A DNA stretch of 64,000 nucleotides from Gemmatimonadaceae bacterium (GCA_051859245.1 JBHYGA010000007.1:1-64000); one strand, 5' to 3'. Positions 38,147 to 48,316 are shown, counted from the first letter of the stretch. The notes: generated by a model not told the origin, from the sequence alone. Translations and numbers: made by a program.

Positions 38147-39178
38147 ATGACACCGCGTCAATCCGGATCCTCGGCGCCGGCATTTTCCCTGCCTGCGTCG
38201 GGAGGATCAGACGAAGCGATCACCTTGTCACTCGGCGACTATCGGGGACGACCGCTCGTGATCGCGTTCTATCCTGCCGACTGGAGCCCCGTGTGTGGCG
38301 ATCAGATGGCGCTCTACAATCAGATCCTTCCAGAGTTTCAGCGGTACGGCGCAGAACTCGTCGGTGTCTCTGTGGACGGACCCTACTGTCACCAGGCCTT
38401 CGCCGAGAACCGTCGGCTTCGTTTCCCGTTACTCTCCGACTTCGAACCAAAGGGACAAATGGCGAGAGACTACGGCGTGTATCGCGCTGCAGACGGCACC
38501 TCGGAGCGCGCTCTTTTCGTGATCGACGCGGACGGTGTGATTCGATGGAGCTACGTGTCGCCCGTGGACATCAATCCCGGCGCGGACCATATACTCCGGG
38601 AACTGTCTGCGCTAGCCCAGCCAGAGATCGAAACGGTGGCGCAGGCAACGATCAGCGAAGCACCTGCTGGGGTAGTCACGCTGATTGAATACGGCGATTA
38701 GAAGTGTCCGCATTGTCGTCGAGCGCATCCAATCGTTCAGAACCTGCGCAACCGCTTTGGTGATCCGCTGCACTTTGAGTTCCGCAACTTTCCGCTCTCG
38801 CAGATCCACTCACACGCTGAGCACGCGGCCGAGGCAGCCGTAAGCGTTCGAACACACGCCGGAATGATTGCATTTGAGCGGATGCACGACGCGATTTTTG
38901 CACACCAGCGAGACGGTGCAGATTCTTTGGACGACGCGAGCTTGGCGCGCTACGCCGCGGAAAGTGGAGCAAGTTCGGAGCAAACTGCGGCCGACCTGCG
39001 AAGCGGCGCGTTTACGGCCTCGGTGCGCGCGGAGTTTATGGAGGGCGTACGTAGCGGCGTGAACGGTACGCCCACCTTCTTTATAGACGGTGAACGTTTC
39101 GACGGCGACTGGCGGAATACCGAGTTGCTCGCTGGAGTGATCACGAGCGCGTTGCACGCTACACCGACTCGCGTGTGA
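38147..39178 (+). pseudogene. Peroxiredoxin (AhpE-like)-DsbA fusion interrupted by an in-frame TAG at 38699-38701
   Basis: FYPADWSPVC Prx domain, then VTLIEYGD*KCPHC...FRNFPL...GVNGTPTFFIDG in the same frame to the stop at 39178. Confidence 0.8.
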
Positions 39179-39200
39179 TACTTGAGCAGGCTCGGCGTGC

Positions 39201-40022
39201 CTATACGGTAAACTCCGTGGGCACGCCGGGCGCAATCCATCGCAACGCGCGCCGCAGCGCTTCGGCGTTTCGTGCTTGCGCAACTTCTGTTTCGATCGCG
39301 AGCCGTCCCTCGTGGAAGTGCGACCACCCCTCGTAGTGCAGGGGAATCACGGTTCGCGGTCGGATTGACTCACACAGCTCGGCCGCTTCACGCGCGTTGA
39401 GCGTGTAGCGAAGTGGGCCAGTGAGTGGGAACCGCACACCGCCCAAATGCAGAATTGCGGTACCAATCTGCAAACGGCTCGAGACCTGACGAACGCCGGA
39501 GTACAGTACGGTATCTCCAGAGATCCAAACTGCGCCGTGCTGTTGCCCCTCCCATGCGAGCGAAAAGCCAATGACGTCGCCGGAGATCAGATGTCCGATG
39601 GGCGGGCCATGTCGACACGGTGTGGCGGTGATTTCAATTGGTGTAGCGCCGGGCTTTTCGAGGCGCGTTGTGCGCCACGGTGCGAGCCCTCGTGCATTGG
39701 CGGAGCGACGCAGGCGGTGGGCGCCCGATTCTGTTGTCACGACAACTACCGCACTGGGCAAGAGCGCACGACCGGCATCATCGAGATTGTCGGCGTGCTG
39801 ATCGTGCGAGAGAAGCACTGCATCAATATCGCCAAGATCGCGAGCGGCAATCGCGGGTCCTGACAGCTTTTGCGACGACGTGCCGAGCGCGAAGGGATAT
39901 CTGCGCCCCGGCGCGTCGAAGGTGGGGTCGGTCAGCAGCCGCCACGGTCCGACCTCAATCAGCGCGGTCGGACCGCCAATGTGCGTGATGCACATTGTGC
40001 TGGCGGTGCCGTGGGCAGACAT
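39201..40022 (-). CDS. MBL-fold metallo-hydrolase
   Basis: HIGGPTALIE, LTDPTFD, SHDQHADNLD, PCRHG, SGDT, PLHYEGWSHF. Confidence 0.87.
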   Translation of the reverse strand: MSAHGTASTMCITHIGGPTALIEVGPWRLLTDPTFDAPGRRYPFALGTSSQKLSGPAIAARDLGDIDAVLLSHDQHADNLDDAGRALLPSAVVVVTTESGAHRLRRSANARGLAPWRTTRLEKPGATPIEITATPCRHGPPIGHLISGDVIGFSLAWEGQQHGAVWISGDTVLYSGVRQVSSRLQIGTAILHLGGVRFPLTGPLRYTLNAREAAELCESIRPRTVIPLHYEGWSHFHEGRLAIETEVAQARNAEALRRALRWIAPGVPTEFTV

Positions 40023-40038
40023 GCTCACGGCACGCGTC

Positions 40039-40887
40039 TCACACGCCTGCTTGTTCGCGCGCGCGCGTGACCGATCCGGTCGCGTGCCGCTCCGCCCAGT
40101 CGAGCGCGAAGTCCGCCACTTTCTCCCAACCGGTTTGCGCAGGCAGAAGGTGCGAGAAACCCGCAAATTGCTTCACTTCGGTGATTGTGTTCGGTGATTT
40201 GTAGTGCGCTGCATTCGAGCGCTGCACCGCAGGCGGCATCAGGTTGTCCTTCTCGCCGGAGATAAAAAGCAACGGTGCGCGCTTGTCGTTGTGGTAATCG
40301 ACCCACGTTTCCTGATGACCAGGAATAACGTTCGCGAGAATGCTTCCGAACAGCACGTGCCCGGACGCGGGGACATGATATCGCGTGTACACAGCGCGCG
40401 ACTCTTCCTCAGTGAAGGTATTGGTGAACGCGTAGTGCCACTGATCGTGTGTGAACCCCACCGCGCGATTGTAGTTGGCCGGGTTCTTGAGCACGGGGAA
40501 CGTGGCCTTGAGCTGTGTAAGTGGTGCGACAATCACTCCCTCGGTAGGTGCGGAATTGATCGCAACGCCGGCCGCTCCCCAACCCTTGTCAAGCAACAGC
40601 TGTACCATCACCCCGCCCGCCGAGTGACCGATCAGAATGGGTGGTGCGTCCAGCTTGCGAATGATTCCTTCAAGGCGCGCAATGATTTCTGGCACCTTGA
40701 GCGACTGGATTGCGGACGAGTCAGCATTCAGCGCTTCGACCTCCACATCGAACCCAGGATACGCGGGCGCGATCACATCGTAGCCTCGCGCCTCATAGTA
40801 CGGAATCCAGTGCTCCCACGAACGTGGCGTCACCCAGAAGCCGTGAATCAATACGATCGTTTTCTTTCCGGATCCATTCGTACGCAT
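40039..40887 (-). CDS. Alpha/beta hydrolase
   Basis: LIHGFW, GHSAGG, GEKD, SH; RBS aggag. Confidence 0.88.
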   Translation of the reverse strand: MRTNGSGKKTIVLIHGFWVTPRSWEHWIPYYEARGYDVIAPAYPGFDVEVEALNADSSAIQSLKVPEIIARLEGIIRKLDAPPILIGHSAGGVMVQLLLDKGWGAAGVAINSAPTEGVIVAPLTQLKATFPVLKNPANYNRAVGFTHDQWHYAFTNTFTEEESRAVYTRYHVPASGHVLFGSILANVIPGHQETWVDYHNDKRAPLLFISGEKDNLMPPAVQRSNAAHYKSPNTITEVKQFAGFSHLLPAQTGWEKVADFALDWAERHATGSVTRAREQAGV

Positions 40888-40956
40888 GGCGCTACTCCTG
40901 TTTGGTTGTGGTCGGGATTGCGCACAACCATACGGCGCGCCGGTTCGTACTCGCAT

Positions 40957-41139
40957 CTACTGGTCGAGGATTCTTCTGCTAACCCGTTCGGGGGATGCTG
41001 TCGTGCGGCACCCGAGCGGTGTGTCACAACCAACATCCGCCGTTTGCATTGCGCCGATACCTGCCACGGCGCCGGTGATCGCGCCGATGATCAGCCCGCG
41101 CTTGATTGGCGAAGCGCCCTGGGCGGGCAAAACGCGCAT
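40957..41139 (-). CDS. Small hypothetical protein or fragment with a Gly-rich TM helix
   Basis: KRGLIIGAITGAVAGIGA; fills the gap between co-oriented genes. Confidence 0.3.
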   Translation of the reverse strand: MRVLPAQGASPIKRGLIIGAITGAVAGIGAMQTADVGCDTPLGCRTTASPERVSRRILDQ

Positions 41140-41160
41140 CCCGCCTCTCCCTGCAGATAA

Positions 41161-42060
41161 CTAGTCGCGCTCAATGACTGACACTTCCACGCGTACGGCA
41201 CGATCAGTTGGCACAATCTCGCGCCCGCGCGCACTCGCCAGCACCTGTGTGAACTCAGCCCCGAAGAGCAGAATGATCGAAGAGTAGTACACCCACAGCA
41301 GAATGAGCACCAGCGCACCGGCGGAGCCGTAACTGGACGACGTGGCCTCGCGCCCAAGGTACCAGCTGAGCACGAACTCACCCAGCGCGAAGAGCAGCGA
41401 TGTGGCCAGCGCACCCAGCCACACATCTCGCCAGGCGATCTCGGCGTCTGGCAACACGCGCAGTATGGTGGCAAACAGCAGCGTCACCACTACAAACGAC
41501 GCGACACTGCCGAACAGACTCCACACCGCAGGATGCAATGGTGCGACGTCGGCCAGCCACCGATTGGCGGCGTGAAGCGCTGTGCTCAACACCAGCGACA
41601 CGAGCAGCAAGAATCCGGCGCCAAGCACCATGGAAAATGACAGCGAGCGATTCCTGATCAGCCCGCGAATACCTGCTCCCTCGCGCGCCCTCAAGCCCCA
41701 CACCGTGTTCAGGGCATCCTGCAACTGCAGAAACACACCGCTGCCGCCAAACAACAACATGGCCACACCTACACTTGCGGCGAGCACGTTGTCCGCTGGT
41801 CGACGTGAGTTCTTGATCAACTCCTGCACCGTTTCGGCCGCCCGTTCTCCCATACTTGCGGTCAACTCATCCGCGAGTACTCCCGAAGCGGCGTCTGCGC
41901 CGAACACGAGCCCTGCGACAGACACCGCGATGAGCAACAACGGTGCCAGCGAAAAAATTGCATAGTACGAAAGAGCCGCGCTGAGCCGCAGCAAGTTGTC
42001 TTCAAGCGATTCAGTGACGGTGCGACGCAGCACCTTCCAGAGAAACTGAAGTGCGCGCAT
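41161..42060 (-). CDS. YihY/virulence factor BrkB family membrane protein
   Basis: AALSYYAIFSLAP, LQDALNTVW, YGSAGALV, LLWVYYSS, GAEF. Confidence 0.9.
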   Translation of the reverse strand: MRALQFLWKVLRRTVTESLEDNLLRLSAALSYYAIFSLAPLLLIAVSVAGLVFGADAASGVLADELTASMGERAAETVQELIKNSRRPADNVLAASVGVAMLLFGGSGVFLQLQDALNTVWGLRAREGAGIRGLIRNRSLSFSMVLGAGFLLLVSLVLSTALHAANRWLADVAPLHPAVWSLFGSVASFVVVTLLFATILRVLPDAEIAWRDVWLGALATSLLFALGEFVLSWYLGREATSSSYGSAGALVLILLWVYYSSIILLFGAEFTQVLASARGREIVPTDRAVRVEVSVIERD

Positions 42061-42104
42061 GACTACCTGCCAACCAGGCGACGTTCATCTCGGTGCAGCA
42101 CCAG

Positions 42105-42551
42105 TCAGACATCCGGCATCGAAAGCGCCGCTCGAACCGTACGCAGCAGATGAAGCGGTTCAACGGGCTTCGCGAGATACCCGTCGCAGCCTGCCGCCAA
42201 CGCTTGTTCTCGATCGCTGGGAAGCGCATGTGCAGTGTAGGCGAGCACTACGATATCACGTGTGTCGACGTCAGCCTTCAGCAGCCGAGTCGCCTCCCAA
42301 CCGTCAATGTCAGGCATGCCGACATCCATGAGAATGAGCGACGGATGCTCCGCGCGTGCTATCTGCACCGCGTCGCTACCCGTAGACGCGGCGATCACCC
42401 GAAACCCGAAATGACGGAGCAGCGTGACTGCAATGATCCGATTGTCTTCGTTATCCTCGGCGACAAGAATCAGCGGAGCGTCCTGGTGGAGCGAGGAGTC
42501 GTTCACGGCGGGAGACGGTGGGAAATGACGAAGCGCCTGTTCCACTATCAC
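42105..42551 (-). CDS. Single-domain response regulator (DivK-like); start may be 42506
   Basis: AEDNEDN, LMDVGMP, TAHA, GCDGYLAKP. Confidence 0.88.
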   Translation of the reverse strand: MIVEQALRHFPPSPAVNDSSLHQDAPLILVAEDNEDNRIIAVTLLRHFGFRVIAASTGSDAVQIARAEHPSLILMDVGMPDIDGWEATRLLKADVDTRDIVVLAYTAHALPSDREQALAAGCDGYLAKPVEPLHLLRTVRAALSMPDV

Positions 42552-43303
42552 CCCGCCAAGGCGCGGAGGTTCGCTGTGCGGCCAACTTCAAACTGCACAA
42601 TGCGATGCGAGTCGGCAAAATGTGCACGCACTTCCGCACCCATGGAGCGCGCGAGTGCACGCGCGCGCGGCAGCGCCAGCGCGCTGCCGGGTAAGCTCAG
42701 CGGGCGCCCGTCGGTATCGCGCGCGTAGGGTACAAACAGGAGATCGGCAGAATGCTCGGCGGTCGCGGGCCCTCGACTCTCCATCACGACGCGCAGCCAT
42801 TCCTTGGTGTGATGCAGGCGCACTTGCAGCACACTCGATGGTTCGCTGTGTGCCAACGCATCCTGGAGCAGAATTGCGAGCACTTCATGGGTTGTCCGCT
42901 CACTCACGAGTGCCACATCAGCGAATGAACGCTTGGCGGGCCCGTCATTCGCGTCACTGAGGCCGTCCGCATCAGACCAGTGAATCTGTACATCACGCTC
43001 GCGCGCTGCTTCTTCCAGATTGGCCACTTGCTGCGCAATGATCGGACGCAGTGCACATTCTTCCACGGAGTGCGTCAGCGCTCCAGATGCCGCTTCTGCG
43101 TAGGTGAGCAAATGACCGATCAGAGCAATCATCTGTTGTTTGTTCGCTTCGATCCGATTGAGGGCGTGAGCTTGTGCCTCCGTCAACGGACCATGCGCGC
43201 CGAGCGACAGGAGCGACGAATGCCCCGCGATTGCACTCAGCGGAGTGCGCAGCTCGTGGGCGAATCCCTCCAGTAGCTGCAGCGTGTCTCGATCCATGAG
43301 CAT
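42548..43303 (-). CDS. Histidine kinase-like protein with intact H-box and degenerate HATPase
   Basis: AHELRTPL kept; N, G1 and G2 boxes replaced by LLQDAL, ESRGP, GSALAL. Confidence 0.75.
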   Translation of the reverse strand: MLMDRDTLQLLEGFAHELRTPLSAIAGHSSLLSLGAHGPLTEAQAHALNRIEANKQQMIALIGHLLTYAEAASGALTHSVEECALRPIIAQQVANLEEAARERDVQIHWSDADGLSDANDGPAKRSFADVALVSERTTHEVLAILLQDALAHSEPSSVLQVRLHHTKEWLRVVMESRGPATAEHSADLLFVPYARDTDGRPLSLPGSALALPRARALARSMGAEVRAHFADSHRIVQFEVGRTANLRALAG

Positions 43304-43310
43304 CAACGTC

Positions 43311-45251
43311 CTAGTTCGCAGCGCCGACAAGCGCAGACTGCGCAGACAATTGGTCGGTCGGCGCGTGATCGTCACGCGGCAGCGTCACGCTGAAAGTAGA
43401 GCCAACTCCGAGTGTGCTTTCCACGTCAACACTGCCACCCATTGCCGTTGCCAACTGCCGCACGATGGCCAGGCCGAGTCCCGCGCCACCCGCGCGCCGG
43501 GTGAGCGTATTGTCGCCCTGCACAAACGCCTCAAAAATGGACTTCTGTTCCTCCGTCGCGATGCCAACACCCGTGTCACGCACAAACAGCGTGACGGCGC
43601 TGTTCGACATCTCGGCGTACATGTCTACGCGTCCGCCGGCTGGCGTGTACTGAAGTGCATTCGATACAAGGTTGATCAGAATCTGCTGCATACGTACGGG
43701 ATCGGCGTGGATCGTGGCATCTGTCGCTCTCGTTACAAGCTGTACGCCTTTGCGCGCAAACTGCTCGCCAACCGTTTCGCGTACCGCGTCGAACTGGCTC
43801 TTCACGGAGATGGATTCGCGCGACAGTCGAAGTGGAGCAGCCTCAAGGCGAGCGTAGCTGAGAATGTCGGACACCAGGTGCAGCAGTTGGTCGCGGCTGC
43901 GTCCGATCCGCTCGAGTGCGACCCGCTGGTCATCTGTGGTTGGGCCGTACACACCGAGCGCCATCAGGTCACCATAGCCACCAATCGCATTGAGCGGTGT
44001 TCGCAGCTCATGACTCATTACGGCGAGAAATCGCGCCTTCGCTTCATTGGCCTGAATGAGCGCCTGATTTTGTGCCGCCAGCGTTGCGTGCACGCCGCTT
44101 ATTCGAATGGACATGGTATTGAAGGCATCCGCGAGCGCCGCTGTTTCTTCGGCACCGGCGGGCGTTACGATTTGCTTGTATTCGCCGCTGGCCATCGCCT
44201 CAGCGGCGTTACGCAACGCCGTCAATGGACGCGTTTCGAGATGGCTCAACCACCACGCGCCGAGTGTCCCGAGCAGTAGCACCGTGACTGCGATCACGAT
44301 CAGGCGGCGAAGCAGCGCACGCGGCCGTTCGAGAATGGAATCTTCGCCTTCCGTTAACACAATGCGCCATGGCGCACCGCTCACGGGCGCAGACGCGACA
44401 TAGCGCGCACTGTCGTTGCCAACAACCAGACGTACGGTGCCGGTGTCTGGAAGCGTGCTCAGCGCGTGTGGTCCAAGCGGTGACGGAATGCGCTGTCCGC
44501 GCACGGACGACCACTCTTCGGAGCCGCGACTGGCGTAGGCCACGCTCGCGTTCTGCCCGGTGATTCGCGTGACGGCGCCCTCGATCGAGTCAGTGCCGAG
44601 CACCACGCGTTGTGCTGCAATCACCCCCAGCGGTTCGCCGTCGTCGAGCGCCACTGGCACGGCAACGAATAGCCGGACCTGCGACTCCGATTCATAAAGC
44701 ACGGAGTGGACCACCGAGTCGGTGCGAAGCGCTTTCCCGACAACGATGGACAGCTCGAGCGAATCGCGGGTCGCCAGTGGCGAGCCGTGCAGTCGCTCGC
44801 CGCCCGCCGAGAGTACGTGCCAACCGAGCACAGCGGTATCAGCGCGAGTGCGTCGTCGCGCAAACAACGAATCGAGCGATGCCCGATGCGTGTCGAGTGT
44901 CGTCGCCTGTACGGCCATCGAACCGACCGCGTCGAGCGATCGCGCCAGCGGCTTGTCCTGAGGTATGCGCGCCGCACTCAGCGCGCGCACGATCGTGCTA
45001 TCACGCGCCAGCAGGCGCATCGCATTCCTTCGCACAACCACACCGCGAGAAACGCTGGCCGCCAGCTCGCGTGCAACGCTGGCCAACCGTTCCGACGAGC
45101 GTTCGACCGCGGATTCTCGCACCCCGACGTAGGCGGAAGTGCCAAACGCGCCAACAACCAGCGTCAGCAAAATGAAGAACAGAGCGGCGAGTCGTCGCGC
45201 GAGCGACCAACGCGAGCGTCGTGGGCCGACCGAAAGAGATGAGTGGAGCAT
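43311..45251 (-). CDS. Membrane sensor histidine kinase with HAMP domain
   Basis: 2 TM, HAMP, SHELRTPL, NLVSNA, DTGVGI, GLGL. Confidence 0.92.
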   Translation of the reverse strand: MLHSSLSVGPRRSRWSLARRLAALFFILLTLVVGAFGTSAYVGVRESAVERSSERLASVARELAASVSRGVVVRRNAMRLLARDSTIVRALSAARIPQDKPLARSLDAVGSMAVQATTLDTHRASLDSLFARRRTRADTAVLGWHVLSAGGERLHGSPLATRDSLELSIVVGKALRTDSVVHSVLYESESQVRLFVAVPVALDDGEPLGVIAAQRVVLGTDSIEGAVTRITGQNASVAYASRGSEEWSSVRGQRIPSPLGPHALSTLPDTGTVRLVVGNDSARYVASAPVSGAPWRIVLTEGEDSILERPRALLRRLIVIAVTVLLLGTLGAWWLSHLETRPLTALRNAAEAMASGEYKQIVTPAGAEETAALADAFNTMSIRISGVHATLAAQNQALIQANEAKARFLAVMSHELRTPLNAIGGYGDLMALGVYGPTTDDQRVALERIGRSRDQLLHLVSDILSYARLEAAPLRLSRESISVKSQFDAVRETVGEQFARKGVQLVTRATDATIHADPVRMQQILINLVSNALQYTPAGGRVDMYAEMSNSAVTLFVRDTGVGIATEEQKSIFEAFVQGDNTLTRRAGGAGLGLAIVRQLATAMGGSVDVESTLGVGSTFSVTLPRDDHAPTDQLSAQSALVGAAN

Positions 45252-45366
45252 CGCGCAATGAATCCGGTCGACAGGTGATTCGACGCAGCGAAAGGACCCT
45301 GCGAGAAGGCGTGTATACCGCCTATGAGTAGGGTTTCTGACGCCCGGGCGCTATCTCTCTTAGGGA

Positions 45367-47910
45367 CTATGCTGCCCCTGGCAGCAGCACGGTGAAGGTG
45401 CTCCCAACGCCCCGCGTGCTCTCAACCGTGAGGTCTCCGCCCATGCCGCGCGCGAGCTCACGACTGATCGCCAAACCAAGCCCGGTGCCCTCCTGGGTTC
45501 TGGTCAACCGTGCATCCACTTGCACAAAGGCCTGAAAAATGCGTTCCAGCTGATCAGGAGAAATGCCGCGACCCGTATCCGTGACACGAATCGCGATCTG
45601 CGGGTCGTGACCGTCGCGTGTGGCCGTCGCACATGAGAGTGAGACGCTGCCACCCGGATCCGTAAACTTCAGCGCATTCGAGAGCAGGTTGAGTACGACC
45701 TGCCGCACCTTCTCCGGATCGGCGCGGGCGCGCAGTTCCGTATCGCAGTCGGTGAAGATCAGTGCGATCTGTTTCGCGGTTGCTTGAGGAGAAACCAGTG
45801 CTTCGCAGGTCGCGAGCAGTTCGTCGAGCGGAACATCGATCACCTCGTACGACACGGCGCCGGCGTCGAGCATTGCAAAGTTCAGCACGCGGTTGATGAG
45901 CGCCAGGAGGTGATTCTGACTGACCTGAATGCGCTGCAGATCGGACAGCTGCGCCTCAGTCACCGGGCCACGCAGCCCCATGGCGATCAGCTGCGCATAT
46001 CCGCCGATGGCGTTGAGCGGCGTGCGTAGCTCGTGACTCATCACGGCCAGAAAATCACTCTTCCCACGATTCGCCGTCTCCGCTTCGACGCGCGCCACGT
46101 CGGCATCGGCGCGCGCCCGTTCACTCTCGCGCAGCAAACGCTCGATTTCGTGCCTCGCCTCGACCTGCTCGGTAACGTCTGTGCCGTGCGCAATAATCCC
46201 CGATCGCGCGCCGTCAGCCTCAACGAGCGGCAAGTATACAAAGTCGACGAAGCGAGCCTCAGGCTCGGCACCGGGCGTACGGGCAAGGCGAATCGGTACC
46301 TCGCGTCCGATGTACGGTACGCCAGTCGCGAGCACGCCATCGATCAGGTCGAGGAAACCCTGGTCGCGCACTTCCGGAAGTGCCACGAAGAGCGGCTTGC
46401 CAATCAGGTCGCGCTTTCCGACCAGTTCGTAATACGCGTCGTTGGCCAGTTCGAACACGTGCGTTGGTCCACGAAGGATTGCGAGAAATGCCGGGGCGTG
46501 CTGGAAGACGTAGGCGAGACGCGCGCGCTCGACATTAAGCGCGTGCAGCAGTCGTTCACGTTCTGCTGTGGCGCGATGCACGGAGCTCATGTCGGTGAGC
46601 ACCGTCACAACGCCGGTGACGACTCCATTGGATGTAATGATTGGTGCGGCGGCGGCGCGGATGGGCAGCAGCTCGCCGCTACTGCCGCGCGCGTGCAGCA
46701 GATATTGACCATGCGAACGCGCGCCGCGAAATGCCGCACCGATGGGGGTCGTTTCGAGCGGTAGCGGTGCGCCCGTGCGTTCATCGCGAAGCAAATGTTC
46801 GTACGGAAGCAAATCCCTCAGCAGTCCTGCTGCATCGACTGTTTCCGCACGTACACCAAACAGGTGACGCGCCGCGCCGTTGGCCAGAAACACACCGTCT
46901 CGATGTCCCACGAGCAACGCGTCAGGAATGCTCTGGAAGATTGCGGTGAGCGTGGCGGCGCGTGATTCCGCATCGACACGGGCAGCTTCGGCCGCCGCCT
47001 CCAGTCGCATACGCTCCGAGACGTCGCGCCAGAATACAGCAACGCCTCCTCCAGCGGCTGGATAGGCATCAATCTCGAGGTACACGTCGCCACCATCGCG
47101 CACGTGATGGTGCACGAAGTGCAGGTCCGTACGATCAGCCGCCACACGCCGGAGTGTGTGCTCGATCTGAAAACCAGAAGCGTCTGGAAACGCTTCCGCA
47201 CAGGGTCGCTGTACAACGTCGGCCCGCACACAGTTCAGGAGACGCTCACCGCTTGGATTGATCGTGCTGATGCGAAAATCAGCGTCAAGCAGCATGTAGG
47301 CATCGCGGGTCTGGTCGAGGACGAGGGCCGCTTCGAGCAGCGCGCCGTTGAGCTGCGCCGCGAGCGCATCGCGTTCCGCCTGAATGGCACGCCCGAGAAC
47401 GATCGCCGTGGTATCGGTGAGCGTAACCAACACACCGCCGACACCGCCCGCTCCGTCGGGAAGCGGACTGTAGGAGAGTGTGATATATCGGTGCTCAACC
47501 GGACCCGCTGGCCCATCGGGTTGCAGCGGAAAGTGCGCGTCTTCGAGCGTGACCGTTTCTCCCGCCAGCACGCGATCGTAGATGGGTGCGTTGATGTGCC
47601 ACACTTCCGGCCAACATGCACGCGTGGGCTGTCCGAGCGCGTGCTCATGTTTGGCGCCAAGAAACGTCAGATAGCCATCATTAAAAATCTGCACCAGCTC
47701 GGATCCCCACAGCACAATCATTGAGAACCCACCACCGAGCACGGTCAGCGCTGCAGTGGTCAGGCTGACGGGCCACGAGGCCACGTCTCCAAGCGGTGTT
47801 TGTGCCCAATCCATGGCGCGACAGCGTGCGCGCATTTCCCCCGGTCCAGCGAAGAGACGGGCCGCACCTGATTGTTCGGCCGTCGCCGAGACCATTTCCC
47901 GTTCTCGCAT
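45367..47910 (-). CDS. Cytoplasmic multi-PAS sensor histidine kinase
   Basis: N-terminal DWAQTPLG region, several PAS folds, SHELRTPL, NLLSNA, DTGRGI, GTGLGL. Confidence 0.92.
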   Translation of the reverse strand: MREREMVSATAEQSGAARLFAGPGEMRARCRAMDWAQTPLGDVASWPVSLTTAALTVLGGGFSMIVLWGSELVQIFNDGYLTFLGAKHEHALGQPTRACWPEVWHINAPIYDRVLAGETVTLEDAHFPLQPDGPAGPVEHRYITLSYSPLPDGAGGVGGVLVTLTDTTAIVLGRAIQAERDALAAQLNGALLEAALVLDQTRDAYMLLDADFRISTINPSGERLLNCVRADVVQRPCAEAFPDASGFQIEHTLRRVAADRTDLHFVHHHVRDGGDVYLEIDAYPAAGGGVAVFWRDVSERMRLEAAAEAARVDAESRAATLTAIFQSIPDALLVGHRDGVFLANGAARHLFGVRAETVDAAGLLRDLLPYEHLLRDERTGAPLPLETTPIGAAFRGARSHGQYLLHARGSSGELLPIRAAAAPIITSNGVVTGVVTVLTDMSSVHRATAERERLLHALNVERARLAYVFQHAPAFLAILRGPTHVFELANDAYYELVGKRDLIGKPLFVALPEVRDQGFLDLIDGVLATGVPYIGREVPIRLARTPGAEPEARFVDFVYLPLVEADGARSGIIAHGTDVTEQVEARHEIERLLRESERARADADVARVEAETANRGKSDFLAVMSHELRTPLNAIGGYAQLIAMGLRGPVTEAQLSDLQRIQVSQNHLLALINRVLNFAMLDAGAVSYEVIDVPLDELLATCEALVSPQATAKQIALIFTDCDTELRARADPEKVRQVVLNLLSNALKFTDPGGSVSLSCATATRDGHDPQIAIRVTDTGRGISPDQLERIFQAFVQVDARLTRTQEGTGLGLAISRELARGMGGDLTVESTRGVGSTFTVLLPGAA

Positions 47911-47920
47911 GCCGAGCGGT

Positions 47921-48316
47921 TCAGTCCTCGACCGTCAACAAGGCGTGCTCCACAGCGCGAACCAGTCGCTGCGGACTCACCGGTTTGGTCAGATAGCCAT
48001 CGCTACCAACTTTCAGCGCTATTTCGCGGTCGCCGGAAAATGTGTGGCCGGTGACGATCAGAATGATAATGTTCGCCGTCGCCGGGTCCTCCTTGAGCTG
48101 CTGCGTCGCGGAGAGTCCATCTCCACCCGGCATACCGATGTCCATCAGAATCAACGACGGTCGATGCTCGCGGGCGACCCGCAGCACTTCATCGCCGCGC
48201 GTGACTTCCATCACGCGGAATCCCGCGTGTCGCAGAACGTCCGAAGCGATGGCGCGATTGTCATCATGATCTTCAGCAATGAGTATCAGTGCTGCCGTGG
48301 AGTTGTCGGGAGTCAT
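47921..48316 (-). CDS. Single-domain response regulator (DivK-like)
   Basis: AEDHDDN, LMDIGMP, TGH, GYLTKP. Confidence 0.88.
   Translation of the reverse strand: MTPDNSTAALILIAEDHDDNRAIASDVLRHAGFRVMEVTRGDEVLRVAREHRPSLILMDIGMPGGDGLSATQQLKEDPATANIIILIVTGHTFSGDREIALKVGSDGYLTKPVSPQRLVRAVEHALLTVED

Noticed and set aside
38699..38701. Selenocysteine or pyrrolysine recoding
   Set aside because: The codon is TAG at a Tyr/Phe position, not a catalytic Cys; no pyl or sel genes in the window
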